Shown here in pieces: positions 1 through 9,809 of a DNA stretch of 64,000 bases. Position 1 is the first letter of the stretch, and every line of letters starts with the position of its first letter. Made by a program: the position numbers and the translations under genes. The DNA is taken from contig JAXLNO010000293.1 of assembly GCA_038087875.1 (NCBI GenBank), positions 124,001-188,000 on the forward strand, in the 5' to 3' direction. This stretch comes from Malacoraja senta (taxonomy: Eukaryota). The notes beneath the pieces are model-generated. The model had not been told where the DNA came from. It made no database searches and saw only the letters and a program-made list of their open reading frames with translations.

Positions 1-591
1 CTGTGGAGGGAAATGGACCGACCACGCTTCGGGGTCGGGTCACTTCTTTGGTCTGAAAAAGGAATTCCAAGAGCTACAGGTTCGCTATATCAGAGTGAAT
101 GAATTGGTGTTGATGTCGTTCGGAAGAGGGCGGTAAAGATCTGACTAGGGTGGTGTAAATAGGAGGGAGGAATGAAATCGGAAATTACTTGAAGGCAGAA
201 GAATAAAGCTGAATGTTGGGAGTGGGAGATACAGTGGGTCTCTCGGTGTTGTTGTTGATGGCCATGCCGAAATAGAACAGGCTCTAGAACAGGCTCTTCG
301 GCCCACAAGAACAGTGAGAAGAAGGAATGACTGACTGGGGTGGGACAAGTATTTGATTATGTTGGCTGCTTTTCCATGATCTTAGAGGGGTGATCTTAGA
401 AGAGATGTAAAAATCATGAGAGGAATAGATCGGGTAGACGCACAGAGTCTCTTGCCAAGAGTAGGAAAATGAAAGACAAGAGGCATAGGTTCCAGGTAAG
501 GGTAGGAAGATTTAATTTACCTGACGGGTAACTTTGTTCACACAATTGGTGGTGAGTGCGTGGATTGAGCTGCTGGAGGAGGTAGTCGAGT

Positions 592-2069
592 CATAGAAAC
601 ATAGAAAATAGATGCAGCAGGAGGCCATTCGGCCCTACGAGTCAGCACCGCCATACATTGTGATCATGGCTGATCGTCCCCTATCAATAACCCGTGCCTG
701 CCTTCTCCCCATATCCCTTGACTCCACTAGCCCCTAAAGCTCTATCTAACTCTCTCTTAAATCCACCCAGTGACTTGGCCTCCACTGCACTCTGTGGCAG
801 GGAATTCCATAAATTCATAACTCTCTGAGTGAAAACGTTTTTTCTCATCTCAGTCCTAAATGACCTCCCCCTTATTCTAAGACTGTGGTCCCTGGTTCTG
901 GACTCGCCCAACATTGGAAACATTTTTCCTGCATCTAGCTTGTCCAGTCCTTTTATAATTTTAGATGTTTCTATAAGATCCCTCCTCATCGTTCTAAACT
1001 CCAGTGAATACAAATCTAGTCTTTTCAATCTTTCCTCATATAACAGTCCCGCCATCGCAGGGATCAATCTCGTGAACCTACGCTGCACTGCCTCAATCAC
1101 AAGGATGTCCTTCCTCAAATTAGGAGACCAAAACTGGACACAATACTCCGGATGTGGTCTCACCAGAGCCCTATACAACTGCAGAAGAACCTCTTTACTG
1201 CTATACTGAAATCCTCTTGTTATGAAGGCCATTTATTGTTATTAGCTTTCTTCACTGCCTGCCGTACCTGTAAGCCAACTTTCAGTGACCGGTGTACAAG
1301 GACGCCCAGGTCTCGCTGCACCTTCCCCTTACATAACCTAACCAATTGAGATAATAATCTGCCCCCTTGTTTTTGCCGCCAAAGTGGATAACCTCACATT
1401 TATCTATATTATACTGCATCTGCCACGCATCTGCCCACCCACTCAACCTGTCCAGGTCACCCCGCAACCTCCTAACATCCTCTTCACAGATCACACTGCC
1501 ACCCAGCTTTGTGTCATTCGCAAACTTGCTAGTGTTGCTCCTAATTCACTCTTCCAAATCATTAATATATATGGTAAACAGTTGCGGCCCCATCACCGAG
1601 CCTTGCGGCACACCACTCGCCACCGCCTGCCATTCTGAAAAGGACCCGTTCACTCCTACTCTTTGTTTCCGGTTTGCCAACCAGTTTTCTATCCATGTCA
1701 ACACCCTACCCCCAATACCATGTGCTCTAATTTTAGTCACCAGTCTCCCGTGCAGGACCTTATCAATGGCTTTCTAAAAGTCTAGATACACTACATCCAC
1801 TAGCACCCCTTCATCAATTGTACTTGTCACATTATCAAAAAATTCCAGAAGATTAGTTAAGCATGATTTCCCTTTCATAAATCCATGTTGACTTGAACTA
1901 ATCCTTTTAATGCTTTCCAAATGCCCCCATTATTACCTTTTTAAAAATTGACTGCACCATCTTTCAGGCTAACTGGTCTGTAATTCCCCGTTTTCTCTCT
2001 CGCTCCTTTCTTGAAAAGTGGGATAACATTAGCTATCCTCCAATCTACAGGAACTGATCCTGAATCTAT
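592..2069 (-). mobile_element. CR1-clade LINE, 5'-truncated (RT C-terminal half, 3' UTR, short tandem-repeat tail)
   Basis: Minus-strand ORF pieces 1546-1740 ([27 protein letters not shown]), 1282-1494 (WQMQYNIDKCEVIHFG) and 684-1232 (LYRALVRPHPEYCVQFWSP..FTQRVMNLWNSLP) are typical CR1 ORF2. Tail reads catagaaacatagaaaatag on + at 592. Confidence 0.92.
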
Positions 2070-2454
2070 TCTGATCCTAATCCTGAGTCAGGTACTATCG
2101 CAACGTTTAGGAAACATTTAGACAGGTACATGAACTCAAGTTTACACATGAGACTATTAAATAAAATTAGAGCGTATAGGAAGGACTGCAGATGCTGGTT
2201 TAAATCGACGATAGGCACAAAATGCTGGAATAACTCAGCGGGACAGGCAGCATCTCTGGAGAGAAGGAATGGGTGACGTTTCGGGTCAAGACCCTTCTTC
2301 ATTGCAGTGTCTGGTATTGAAGTGATGTTATTGTGCAGACTAACATAATGAACAAATCACGATAGGAAACACTGATGTATTTAATTTCAGGGAATGAAAA
2401 TTACCCGAAGCTTATTTCAAATGACATCCGCTTTCTGGACAGGGCTGTGATTGA

Positions 2455-2720
2455 CGGGACTGAGCTCCGCCTCCCCTCAGCCGGGCCCCGCCCCTTTCAT
2501 TGAATGTTCCGCCGCCGTTTCGCGCCCGAAACCCCATTGACCGCGGGTTCAGCAGCAGCCGCGGCGGCGGGTCCACAGCTCCGGGCTCCCCCGGGTCCTA
2601 AAGACCGCCGACAAATGTGGTGTTCCGAGTGGGCTCTGTCTGCCGCTCTGTGGAAAGCGGGTAACCTTCCATGTTTCTGTCGTAGCCACACCCCTCCCTC
2701 GCCGCTTTCTCAGTTACATC
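2455..2720. promoter_or_regulatory. CpG/GC-rich island with GC box; possible promoter or non-coding first exon
   Basis: Locally GC- and CpG-rich, ccccgccccc at ~2486, candidate donor gcgg|gtaacc at ~2660. Function is inference only. Confidence 0.3.
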
Positions 2721-2849
2721 GTGGCGGGTATTTGAGTCATGTACGAGTATTTAAAAATACATTTGGACAGGTGGGAGGGGGAGGGGGGGTGGGCCAAACG
2801 CGGCACATGGGACAAGTTTAGATGGGGCATCTCGATCGGCATGGAGCAA

Positions 2850-3265
2850 TTAGAAACACAGAAAATAGACGAAGGGGTATGCCCTTTGGCCTTTTGAGCC
2901 GGCACCGCCATTCAATTTGATCATGGCTGATCATCTAAAATCAGTGCCCCGTTCCTGTTTTTCCCCCATATCCCATGATTCAGTTAGCCCTAAGAGCTAA
3001 ATCTAACTCTCTGGAAAACATCAATTGAATTGGCCTCCACTGTCTTTTGCGGCGAGGGTGTCTGATGATGTGAGACCCGAAACACCCGATGACTCCAGGT
3101 CACATCACTGAGGATGCATCCCAGCGCATCTAGAAGATGTATCTTTCACACAGTGGCAGAGAATTCCACAGATTCACAACTGTCTAGGTGATTATTTTAT
3201 CTCATCTGTCCTAAATGACCTGCCCCTTATTATTAAACTGTGATCCCTGGTTCTGGACTCCCCAA
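2850..3265 (-). mobile_element. CR1 3'-end fragment interrupted by a ~100-bp insertion (3054-3152)
   Basis: Collinear with the CR1 3' end at 600-910 (gcaccgccattcaa..gatcatggctgat..tggcctccactg..gaattccacagattcacaac..ctggttctggactc). Confidence 0.8.
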
Positions 3266-4120
3266 ATTGTGCTAAATGTTGTGTTTTCATGCTGTGTGAC
3301 TATGACTCTATGTCTGCATCAGTGCTGCTTCCTGCTCTCGTTCACCACGTTAATGATTCATATCCCCCACAAATAGTCCCCACTTTCCTCTGCCTGGGTT
3401 CCCATTGTATCCTTCCATGTCTCGGCGATTCTGTCTCCATTTCTGGGCAAGGGCGAGCGACCAGTTTCCATTCCAAGCCCACGGACACCTTCGGCTAGTT
3501 TGTCTACTCACAACTTCAGTTTCAGCATCGGAAATGGAGTGTTTCTTCCAAGCTCGAGTTTGTGCAACAAAGAACCTTCTTGCATTCACATAATATCCTC
3601 ACATCTCTCATAGGGGACTCCAAAGTGCTGTGCTGACAAAAATAATTTTGAGATGCAACCACTATTTTGCAATATAGGAAATGTTGTGATTGCTAATTGC
3701 ACACAGGAATATTCAAAATCGGAGTTTAAAAGCAAGCTGCACAGTCCTATCACTTTGGGTATTATTTCCAACTTACAGTATTAGAAGCACCAAGGCACTT
3801 AATTCAGATGAAAACCATTTTTCGACTAGATTCCTGTGCATGTTGCATGTTGTGCAAATTATCCAAATTCAGAGAAATGGCATAGAATATCTCCATTGAA
3901 TTCGTCTATTAAAATTGAATGGAGTTCATGATACAGCAAGTGCATTTCATTTGAAAGGTCCAATACCTTGTCATTTTTACAACCCTGATCATCTGCCCCT
4001 GTTGCTTCCCTCCTTCTCCATAATCCTCGAGGTCGGACTTTGAATGCCGCCCTCTGCCCTGACATGAGAAGCTCTGAGACTTGGTGTCGAAACAAAGAAC
4101 AGGAAATGCGAGTTGATACC

Positions 4121-4324
4121 TGTAAAGGTTTCATAACGAGACGTCGTTACTTTACTATCTTTATTCATACTGGAGCATTACACATAGCACTAGCTGTACG
4201 TGGTCTGTCACAGGAACTAGAGAGCGATCTGTGGGTGGGGAGGTTGTAGATATACTTGTGATATGGGGAGTGGTTAGTAGGTATGAGGTCACTATGTTAA
4301 AGGCACATGCATATCTCATCTACA
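4121..4324 (-). repeat. 3' LTR of Gypsy-1
   Basis: TG..CA termini, adjoins PPT (aagaggaaaga on -), AATAAA on the minus strand. Confidence 0.95.
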
Positions 4325-4393
4325 TCTTTCCTCTTCGAAACAACTGGCAAATACAATGGTGACATGGCGACCACGGCTCATGCGCTAGGATAG

Positions 4394-7300
4394 TTAAACA
4401 AAATCGCTATAGCGGTCAGGCGGTTTGACAAGACGTCCCGCCCGGGTTCGCGTCTCGCCATCCACCCTTCCTGCAGGAGGAAGAGGCACCGGCGGGGAAA
4501 GAGGAACTTGAAAGGGAGAAACGGGAGGAGACGGAAGAGACCGCGGCACCGAACCCGGAGGGGATGCGGGGTCGGGACCGGGACGAGCGCGGGCAGGCGA
4601 GCGAGGACTGGTCGGAGCGGGATGGAACGGAAGGGGCGGAGGAGGAGCAGAACGTTGCATGTCAGGACGGACGGGCAGAGCAACGCCCTGACGCGAAACC
4701 GGCAGTGGGGGAGCAAAGGGGTCCGCGGCAGGAGGACGCGGCTCGTTGACGAGCCGAAGGTGCTGGCGGGACCGTCGGTAAATGGTCCCAGCGTGGTCGA
4801 CGGAATAGGACCTGGGCGACCCCGCGGAGCCGAGGACAGTAGCGAGCTTGGAGTGACCGGGAGTGGTCTGCATACGGACAACTTGACCGGGGAAGAGGCG
4901 CGGCAGCGGGTGGCAGGACCTGTCATGGGAACGCTTTTGGACGTCGTGCCTGAAGGCAATGCGTTTCTGAACCGCCGCAGGCGGGAGGATAGAGGGTATG
5001 AGGGAGCGCTGGGCCACAGGGAGCGGGAGTCTGGTAGCGCGAGACATGAGCCGCTGAGCAGGTGAACCCATGGCAGAGTCGCGGGAAATGTTCCGAAGGT
5101 TGAGGAGGGCCAGATGGAAGTCGGAGTTAATGCCGCCACACTGTTCCAACAGGTGCTTAGCACTGCGGACTGCGCGCTCGGCCAAACCGTTGCTTTGCGG
5201 GTACTCCGGGCTGCTGGTGAAATGGCGAAAGTTCCATCTGGAAGCGAACGCTTTAAACTCGGAGCTCGTGAACTGGCTGCCATTGTCCGACTGCAGGCTT
5301 GCCGGGGGGCCGAAAGTGCCAAAATGAGGGTACAACCTATCGATGACGGCCGAAGAGGTCATGGAATGCAGCCGGTCAACCACAAACCAGCTGGAGTAGG
5401 AGTCAACGAGAACCAGGAAATGTTTGCCCCGCCACTCGAAAATGTCAGCGGCAAGCGCCATCCAGGGCAGTTCGGGCGCGGGCTGCTGTAGAAGCGGCTG
5501 ACGCTGCTGGTGGGGGGCGCGGCTGTTGCAGGTGGAACACGAGGAGACCCTCTCCCGGATGTATTTGGCCATATCCGGCCAATAGAACTGGCTCCTGGCG
5601 AGAGACACGGTGGCTTCGGCCCCAGGATGACCGCGGTGAGCGACTTGAAAGTATTGGTCGTGCAGCGCCGCGGGCACGACCACTTTGTGACCCTTCACCA
5701 CCACGCCGTCGTGTAGTACGAGCTCGTCCCGAACCAGGAAGTAGGGCACGGCACCAGCCGGCAGTGCCGAGCGACGGTCAGGCCAGCCCTGCCGGATGAC
5801 GGCAGACAGCTGTTGCAGGGCAGGGTCATTGGTAGTGTGTTCAACCAGGGACTTCATCTGCTGCGAGGGGACGATGTTCAATCGTAGCACCAATAACTCA
5901 GACATTTCGTATTGGTGGCGAGCGGTGGACGTCAGCGGGGCGCGAGACAACGTGTCGGCCACGAACATGTCCTTGCCCTTACGATAAACCACCGTGAACG
6001 TGAAGCGCTGGAGCTGCAGCATCATGCGCTGCAGGCGTGATGAGGCCACATGGATCGACTTGTTGAGGATGGTGACAAGTGGCTGATGGTCAGTTTCAAC
6101 GGTGAAAGTGTTGCCCACGATGTAGTCCCGGAATTTGGAGCAGGCAAACACCACGGCCAGTAGCTCCTTCTCAATCTGCGCGTAGTGCTGTTCGGTGGAG
6201 GTCATGGTGCGGGACGCGAAGGAGACAGGTAGCTGCAGGCCGTCATGGACCTGGAGGCAGGCGGCACCGAGTCCGAATTGGGAGGCGTCGCAGGTGAGGA
6301 CAATGGGACGCTGCAGGTCAAAGAACTTGAGCGTGGGGGTGCTGATCAGCTTAGACTTAAGAATGTCAAATGCCTTCTGATGGTTGGGTAACCAAAGCCA
6401 GGACGTGTCCTTTTTGACCAGATCCCTCAGGGGAGCGCTGAGCTCGCTGAGGTCGGGGATGAACTTCCCCAGGTAGTTTACCAAGCCGAGGAAGCGTTGC
6501 AGGCCTGCCACATTGGTAGGAGGGGGCATCCCTGAGATGGCAGCCGTTTTCTGCGGGTCTGGCTTTAGCCCCTCAGCGGTGAATACATGTCCAACATAGG
6601 TGACCTCCGAGACGCGGAATCGGCACTTCTTGGGGTTCAGTTTCAAGTTGATCTGTCGGGCCCGGTCCAGGACCTGGCGGAGGTTGACATCGTGTTCGGC
6701 AACGTCCTTACCGTAAACGAGGATGTCGTCAACAATTATGGCGCACGGCAGATCTGAAAACAACTGCTCCATGGTCCGCTGAAATACCTCGCTGGCAGAG
6801 TTGATCCCGAATGGCATTCGGAGGAACCGAAACCTTCCGTAGGGGGTGGCGAAAGTTGTCAAAATGGACGACCGCTCGTCCAGTGGTATCTGCCAGAAGG
6901 AGCTTTTGGCATCGAGGACAGAAAAAACCGTTGCTGGACCAACCTGTGCAGCGACGTCTTCCACCGTTCTCATAGGGTAGTGAGGGCGTCGAATGGCCAG
7001 GTTGAGGTCTTTGGGGTTGATGCAGATGCGTTTCTCGCTCATGTCCTTTTTAGCAGCAACAACCATGGAAGAGACCCAGCTGGTGGGCTCGACGACCGCC
7101 TTTAGGACGCCCATTTGTACCATACTGTGTAAAGTCGCCTCCACTCTGTCCCTCATGGCGAAGGAGACACGGTGAGGAGCATGGACCACGGGAACGATCT
7201 TATGGTCCACTACAATCTTGTAGCTGCAGGGTAGTTTGCCTAGCTTATCATCAAAGCGGTCGGGATAATCGGCCAGCGGGTCCATAAGAGTCTGCACCTG

Positions 7301-8566
7301 GTGGATGTCACGGTGGAAGTACACCAGTCCCATTTCCTGGCATGCCTGGATCCCCAGCAGGGGAATGCATTTTCGATCAAGGAGATAGAAGGTGAGGGGC
7401 CGAATGGTCTCTAGTATCTTACAGTGTAGCGTGGCCTTGCCCACAGGAGTAAGAATCTCCCCACCGTAGGCATGCAAGGTTGAGCTCTGAGAAAATATCT
7501 TCTCATTAGTTCTTATCTGGTTGAAAATGGATGTTGACATTACATTGGTCACCGCCCCCGTGTCTATTTTAGCAGTGAAGGTCGAGTTGTTCACAGTGAC
7601 TTGCACAGAAGGATCCGTTATCATAGCAGGTGCGTCCAACACGGTAAACAAGTTGGTCTCCCCCTGAGAGGAGTCAGATGTAGAAACAGAATGTTCATCG
7701 GAATAGCACTGGGAGCTGAGCTCGTTGTCAGCTTGTAGAAGGTTGTTTAAATTTCCCCTTCGAGCAGCGACAGGCTTCCCACGGGAACGACAAGCCGCAG
7801 CAAAATGGTTCAATTTATTGCAGACGTTGCAAGTCTTTCCTAAGGCAGGGCATACATTGAATTGATGAGTTGTGAAGTTGCAATTAGGGCACCTTTGCTG
7901 GGTACCTCCCCTTGTAGCAGCACCGACCCCCGGGGCGCGTCCCCCTCGAGCAGCGAGCGACCCTGGGGGTCGCGACTGGGGTGTGTTCATGAGATGACTG
8001 GGTGTGCTGGCAAAGTTGATCGCCTGCTCGGCCGGCGGCGCCGCCGAGGAAACAGCGTCAGCTAAGCGAGTAGCGTGCATGGCATCGACCAAGGTCAGAT
8101 CCGGCTTGCGCAGAAGTTCGGCCCTGAGCTTCTCATCACGGAGACCGTAAACCAGTAGGTCCCTGATAATCTCATCGGGGCTCCACGTTCGGAGGCGGCA
8201 GCGCCTACCGAGGTGCCGCAGCGCAATGACATAGTTCTCAGCAGATTCCCCAGGGAGCTGACGCCGTGCGAACAGTTTAAAACGTTCTAAGATGCAATTA
8301 GTCGGAATGTCACAAATAGCGTCAAACTTAGCCAACAGACATACCGGGTCCCGAGCTGATTCTCCCGCAGCGTAGACGAAGAAGTCGGAGCGAGTCAGTG
8401 CATCGGGACCAGCCAAGTTGAGAAGCAGGGAGGCTTTGAGAGCGGGGGTGGCGTCAGGATGAGCAATCGTGAAATAGTGTTCAAAGTCACGTTTGAATGT
8501 GTCCCATCGAAGGGCGATGTCTAAATCAAAAACGAGCACATCGGGCTTACGGGCAGAAGAGGCCAT
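4394..8566 (-). CDS. Single-ORF Gag-Pol polyprotein (~1390 aa): Gag with Cys/His knuckles, aspartic protease, RT, RNase H, integrase, Pro-rich tail
   Basis: Uninterrupted ORF; first ATG at 8566 (MASSARKPDV). Motifs in Gypsy order: CPNC..H..C..CNVCNKLNHFAAAC; KIDTGA; LDAKSSFWQI, RMPFGI, IVDD; LTCDAS, YAQIEKELLA; HRGH..CSTC; ADIF, SDNGSQF, SNGLAERAV; RTRAGRLVKPPDRY. Confidence 0.96.
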   Translation of the reverse strand: MASSARKPDVLVFDLDIALRWDTFKRDFEHYFTIAHPDATPALKASLLLNLAGPDALTRSDFFVYAAGESARDPVCLLAKFDAICDIPTNCILERFKLFARRQLPGESAENYVIALRHLGRRCRLRTWSPDEIIRDLLVYGLRDEKLRAELLRKPDLTLVDAMHATRLADAVSSAAPPAEQAINFASTPSHLMNTPQSRPPGSLAARGGRAPGVGAATRGGTQQRCPNCNFTTHQFNVCPALGKTCNVCNKLNHFAAACRSRGKPVAARRGNLNNLLQADNELSSQCYSDEHSVSTSDSSQGETNLFTVLDAPAMITDPSVQVTVNNSTFTAKIDTGAVTNVMSTSIFNQIRTNEKIFSQSSTLHAYGGEILTPVGKATLHCKILETIRPLTFYLLDRKCIPLLGIQACQEMGLVYFHRDIHQVQTLMDPLADYPDRFDDKLGKLPCSYKIVVDHKIVPVVHAPHRVSFAMRDRVEATLHSMVQMGVLKAVVEPTSWVSSMVVAAKKDMSEKRICINPKDLNLAIRRPHYPMRTVEDVAAQVGPATVFSVLDAKSSFWQIPLDERSSILTTFATPYGRFRFLRMPFGINSASEVFQRTMEQLFSDLPCAIIVDDILVYGKDVAEHDVNLRQVLDRARQINLKLNPKKCRFRVSEVTYVGHVFTAEGLKPDPQKTAAISGMPPPTNVAGLQRFLGLVNYLGKFIPDLSELSAPLRDLVKKDTSWLWLPNHQKAFDILKSKLISTPTLKFFDLQRPIVLTCDASQFGLGAACLQVHDGLQLPVSFASRTMTSTEQHYAQIEKELLAVVFACSKFRDYIVGNTFTVETDHQPLVTILNKSIHVASSRLQRMMLQLQRFTFTVVYRKGKDMFVADTLSRAPLTSTARHQYEMSELLVLRLNIVPSQQMKSLVEHTTNDPALQQLSAVIRQGWPDRRSALPAGAVPYFLVRDELVLHDGVVVKGHKVVVPAALHDQYFQVAHRGHPGAEATVSLARSQFYWPDMAKYIRERVSSCSTCNSRAPHQQRQPLLQQPAPELPWMALAADIFEWRGKHFLVLVDSYSSWFVVDRLHSMTSSAVIDRLYPHFGTFGPPASLQSDNGSQFTSSEFKAFASRWNFRHFTSSPEYPQSNGLAERAVRSAKHLLEQCGGINSDFHLALLNLRNISRDSAMGSPAQRLMSRATRLPLPVAQRSLIPSILPPAAVQKRIAFRHDVQKRSHDRSCHPLPRLFPGQVVRMQTTPGHSKLATVLGSAGSPRSYSVDHAGTIYRRSRQHLRLVNEPRPPAADPFAPPLPVSRQGVALPVRPDMQRSAPPPPLPFHPAPTSPRSPARARPGPDPASPPGSVPRSLPSPPVSPFQVPLSPPVPLPPAGRVDGETRTRAGRLVKPPDRYSDFV

Positions 8567-8662
8567 GACAAAGAAACAGGAGGGCGGAGGAAACAAAAAA
8601 CTGGGACAAAATTAAATGATAAACCGATAAACAGGAGGCGCAAGGTAAGTTATTTGACACCA

Positions 8663-8866
8663 TGTAAAGGTTTCATAACGAGACGTCGTTACTTTACTAT
8701 CTTTATTCATACTGGAGCATTACACATAGCACTAGCTGTACGTGGTCTGTCACAGGAACTAGAGAGCGATCTGTGGGTGGGGAGGTTGTAGATATACTTG
8801 TGATATGGGGAGTGGTTAGTAGGTATGAGGTCACTATGTTAAAGGCACATGCATATCTCATCTACA
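8663..8866 (-). repeat. Middle LTR of Gypsy-1 (5' LTR of the coding unit)
   Basis: Same sequence as 4121-4324. Followed on - by PBS TGGTGTCAAA and preceded by a second PPT. Confidence 0.95.
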
Positions 8867-9110
8867 TCTTTCCTCTTCGAAACAACTGGCAAATACAATG
8901 GTGACATGGCGACCACGGCTCATGCGCTAGGATAGTTAAACAAAATCGCTATAGCGGTCAGGCGGTTTGACAAGACGTCCCGCCCGGGTTCGCGTCTCGC
9001 CATCCACCCTTCCTGCAGGAGGAAGAGGCACCGGCGGGGAAAGAGGAACTTGAAAGGGAGAAACGGGAGGAGACGGAAGAGACCGCGGCACCGAGTTGCG
9101 AGTTGATACC

Positions 9111-9314
9111 TGTAAAGGTTTCATAACGAGACGTCGTTACTTTACTATCTTTATTCATACTGGAGCATTACACATAGCACTAGCTGTACGTGGTCTGTCA
9201 CAGGAACTAGAGAGCGATCTGTGGGTGGGGAGGTTGTAGATATACTTGTGATATGGGGAGTGGTTAGTAGGTATGAGGTCACTATGTTAAAGGCACATGC
9301 ATATCTCATCTACA
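9111..9314 (-). repeat. Third (outer) LTR of Gypsy-1
   Basis: Same sequence as the other two; ATACC lies immediately on both sides. Confidence 0.95.
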
Positions 9315-9809
9315 ATACCAAACATAGGCACAATTGCTGGAGTAACCCAGCGGGTCAGGCAGCATCTCTGGAGGAAACGGATGGGTTACGTTTCGGGTCG
9401 GGACCCTTCTTCAGACTAGTGGGGTGAGTGGGGTGGGGTGACGAGCTGGAGGCGAGGAAATTCCAAGATCAATCAGAGCTGGCCGCAACTTTAGGGTTAG
9501 GGATGCCCAACTTCTCCCATTCGCTCGTGGCCTCGAGTCCTGGCAACATCCACGTAAATCTTTCCTGCTCTCTTTCCAGCTATCTGTTCTGCCTTCGACT
9601 GCCGCAAGCGCTGTTCAGGGCTGTTTAATATCTAACTGAACCCTCCCTCGTGTGAGATTAGTAGGAAGCGGCCAGGACACCGCCACGCAAATAACATTCA
9701 TTCCCCGAGACGGCAGCGTGCGAAGTAGACACTCGCGATACTGCAGGGGTTCAGCAGTTTCGAGAAAGTGAATGCGTTTTGAACCAGGAAGTGGCGCAGT
9801 TACTGTAAA

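Larger units (their letters stand above)
4121..9314 (-). mobile_element. Ty3/Gypsy LTR retrotransposon (Mag-like), young, with three LTR copies and 5-bp TSD ATACC
   Basis: 204-bp TGTA..TACA LTRs at 4121-4324, 8663-8866 and 9111-9314, identical by eye. ATACC at 4116-4120 and 9315-9319. PPT at 4325-4335 and PBS at ~8653-8662 on the minus strand. Intact gag-pol. Confidence 0.97.

Noticed and set aside
4378..5716. Long overlapping and antisense ORFs (314, 185, 125 aa) within Gypsy-1
   Set aside because: Alternative frames of GC-rich integrase and Pro-rich coding sequence; no recognisable env or other domain.
9491..9502. TTAGGGTTAGGG as an interstitial telomere
   Set aside because: Only two units; the second runs into tagggatgcccaac, more like a MITE terminus or chance.
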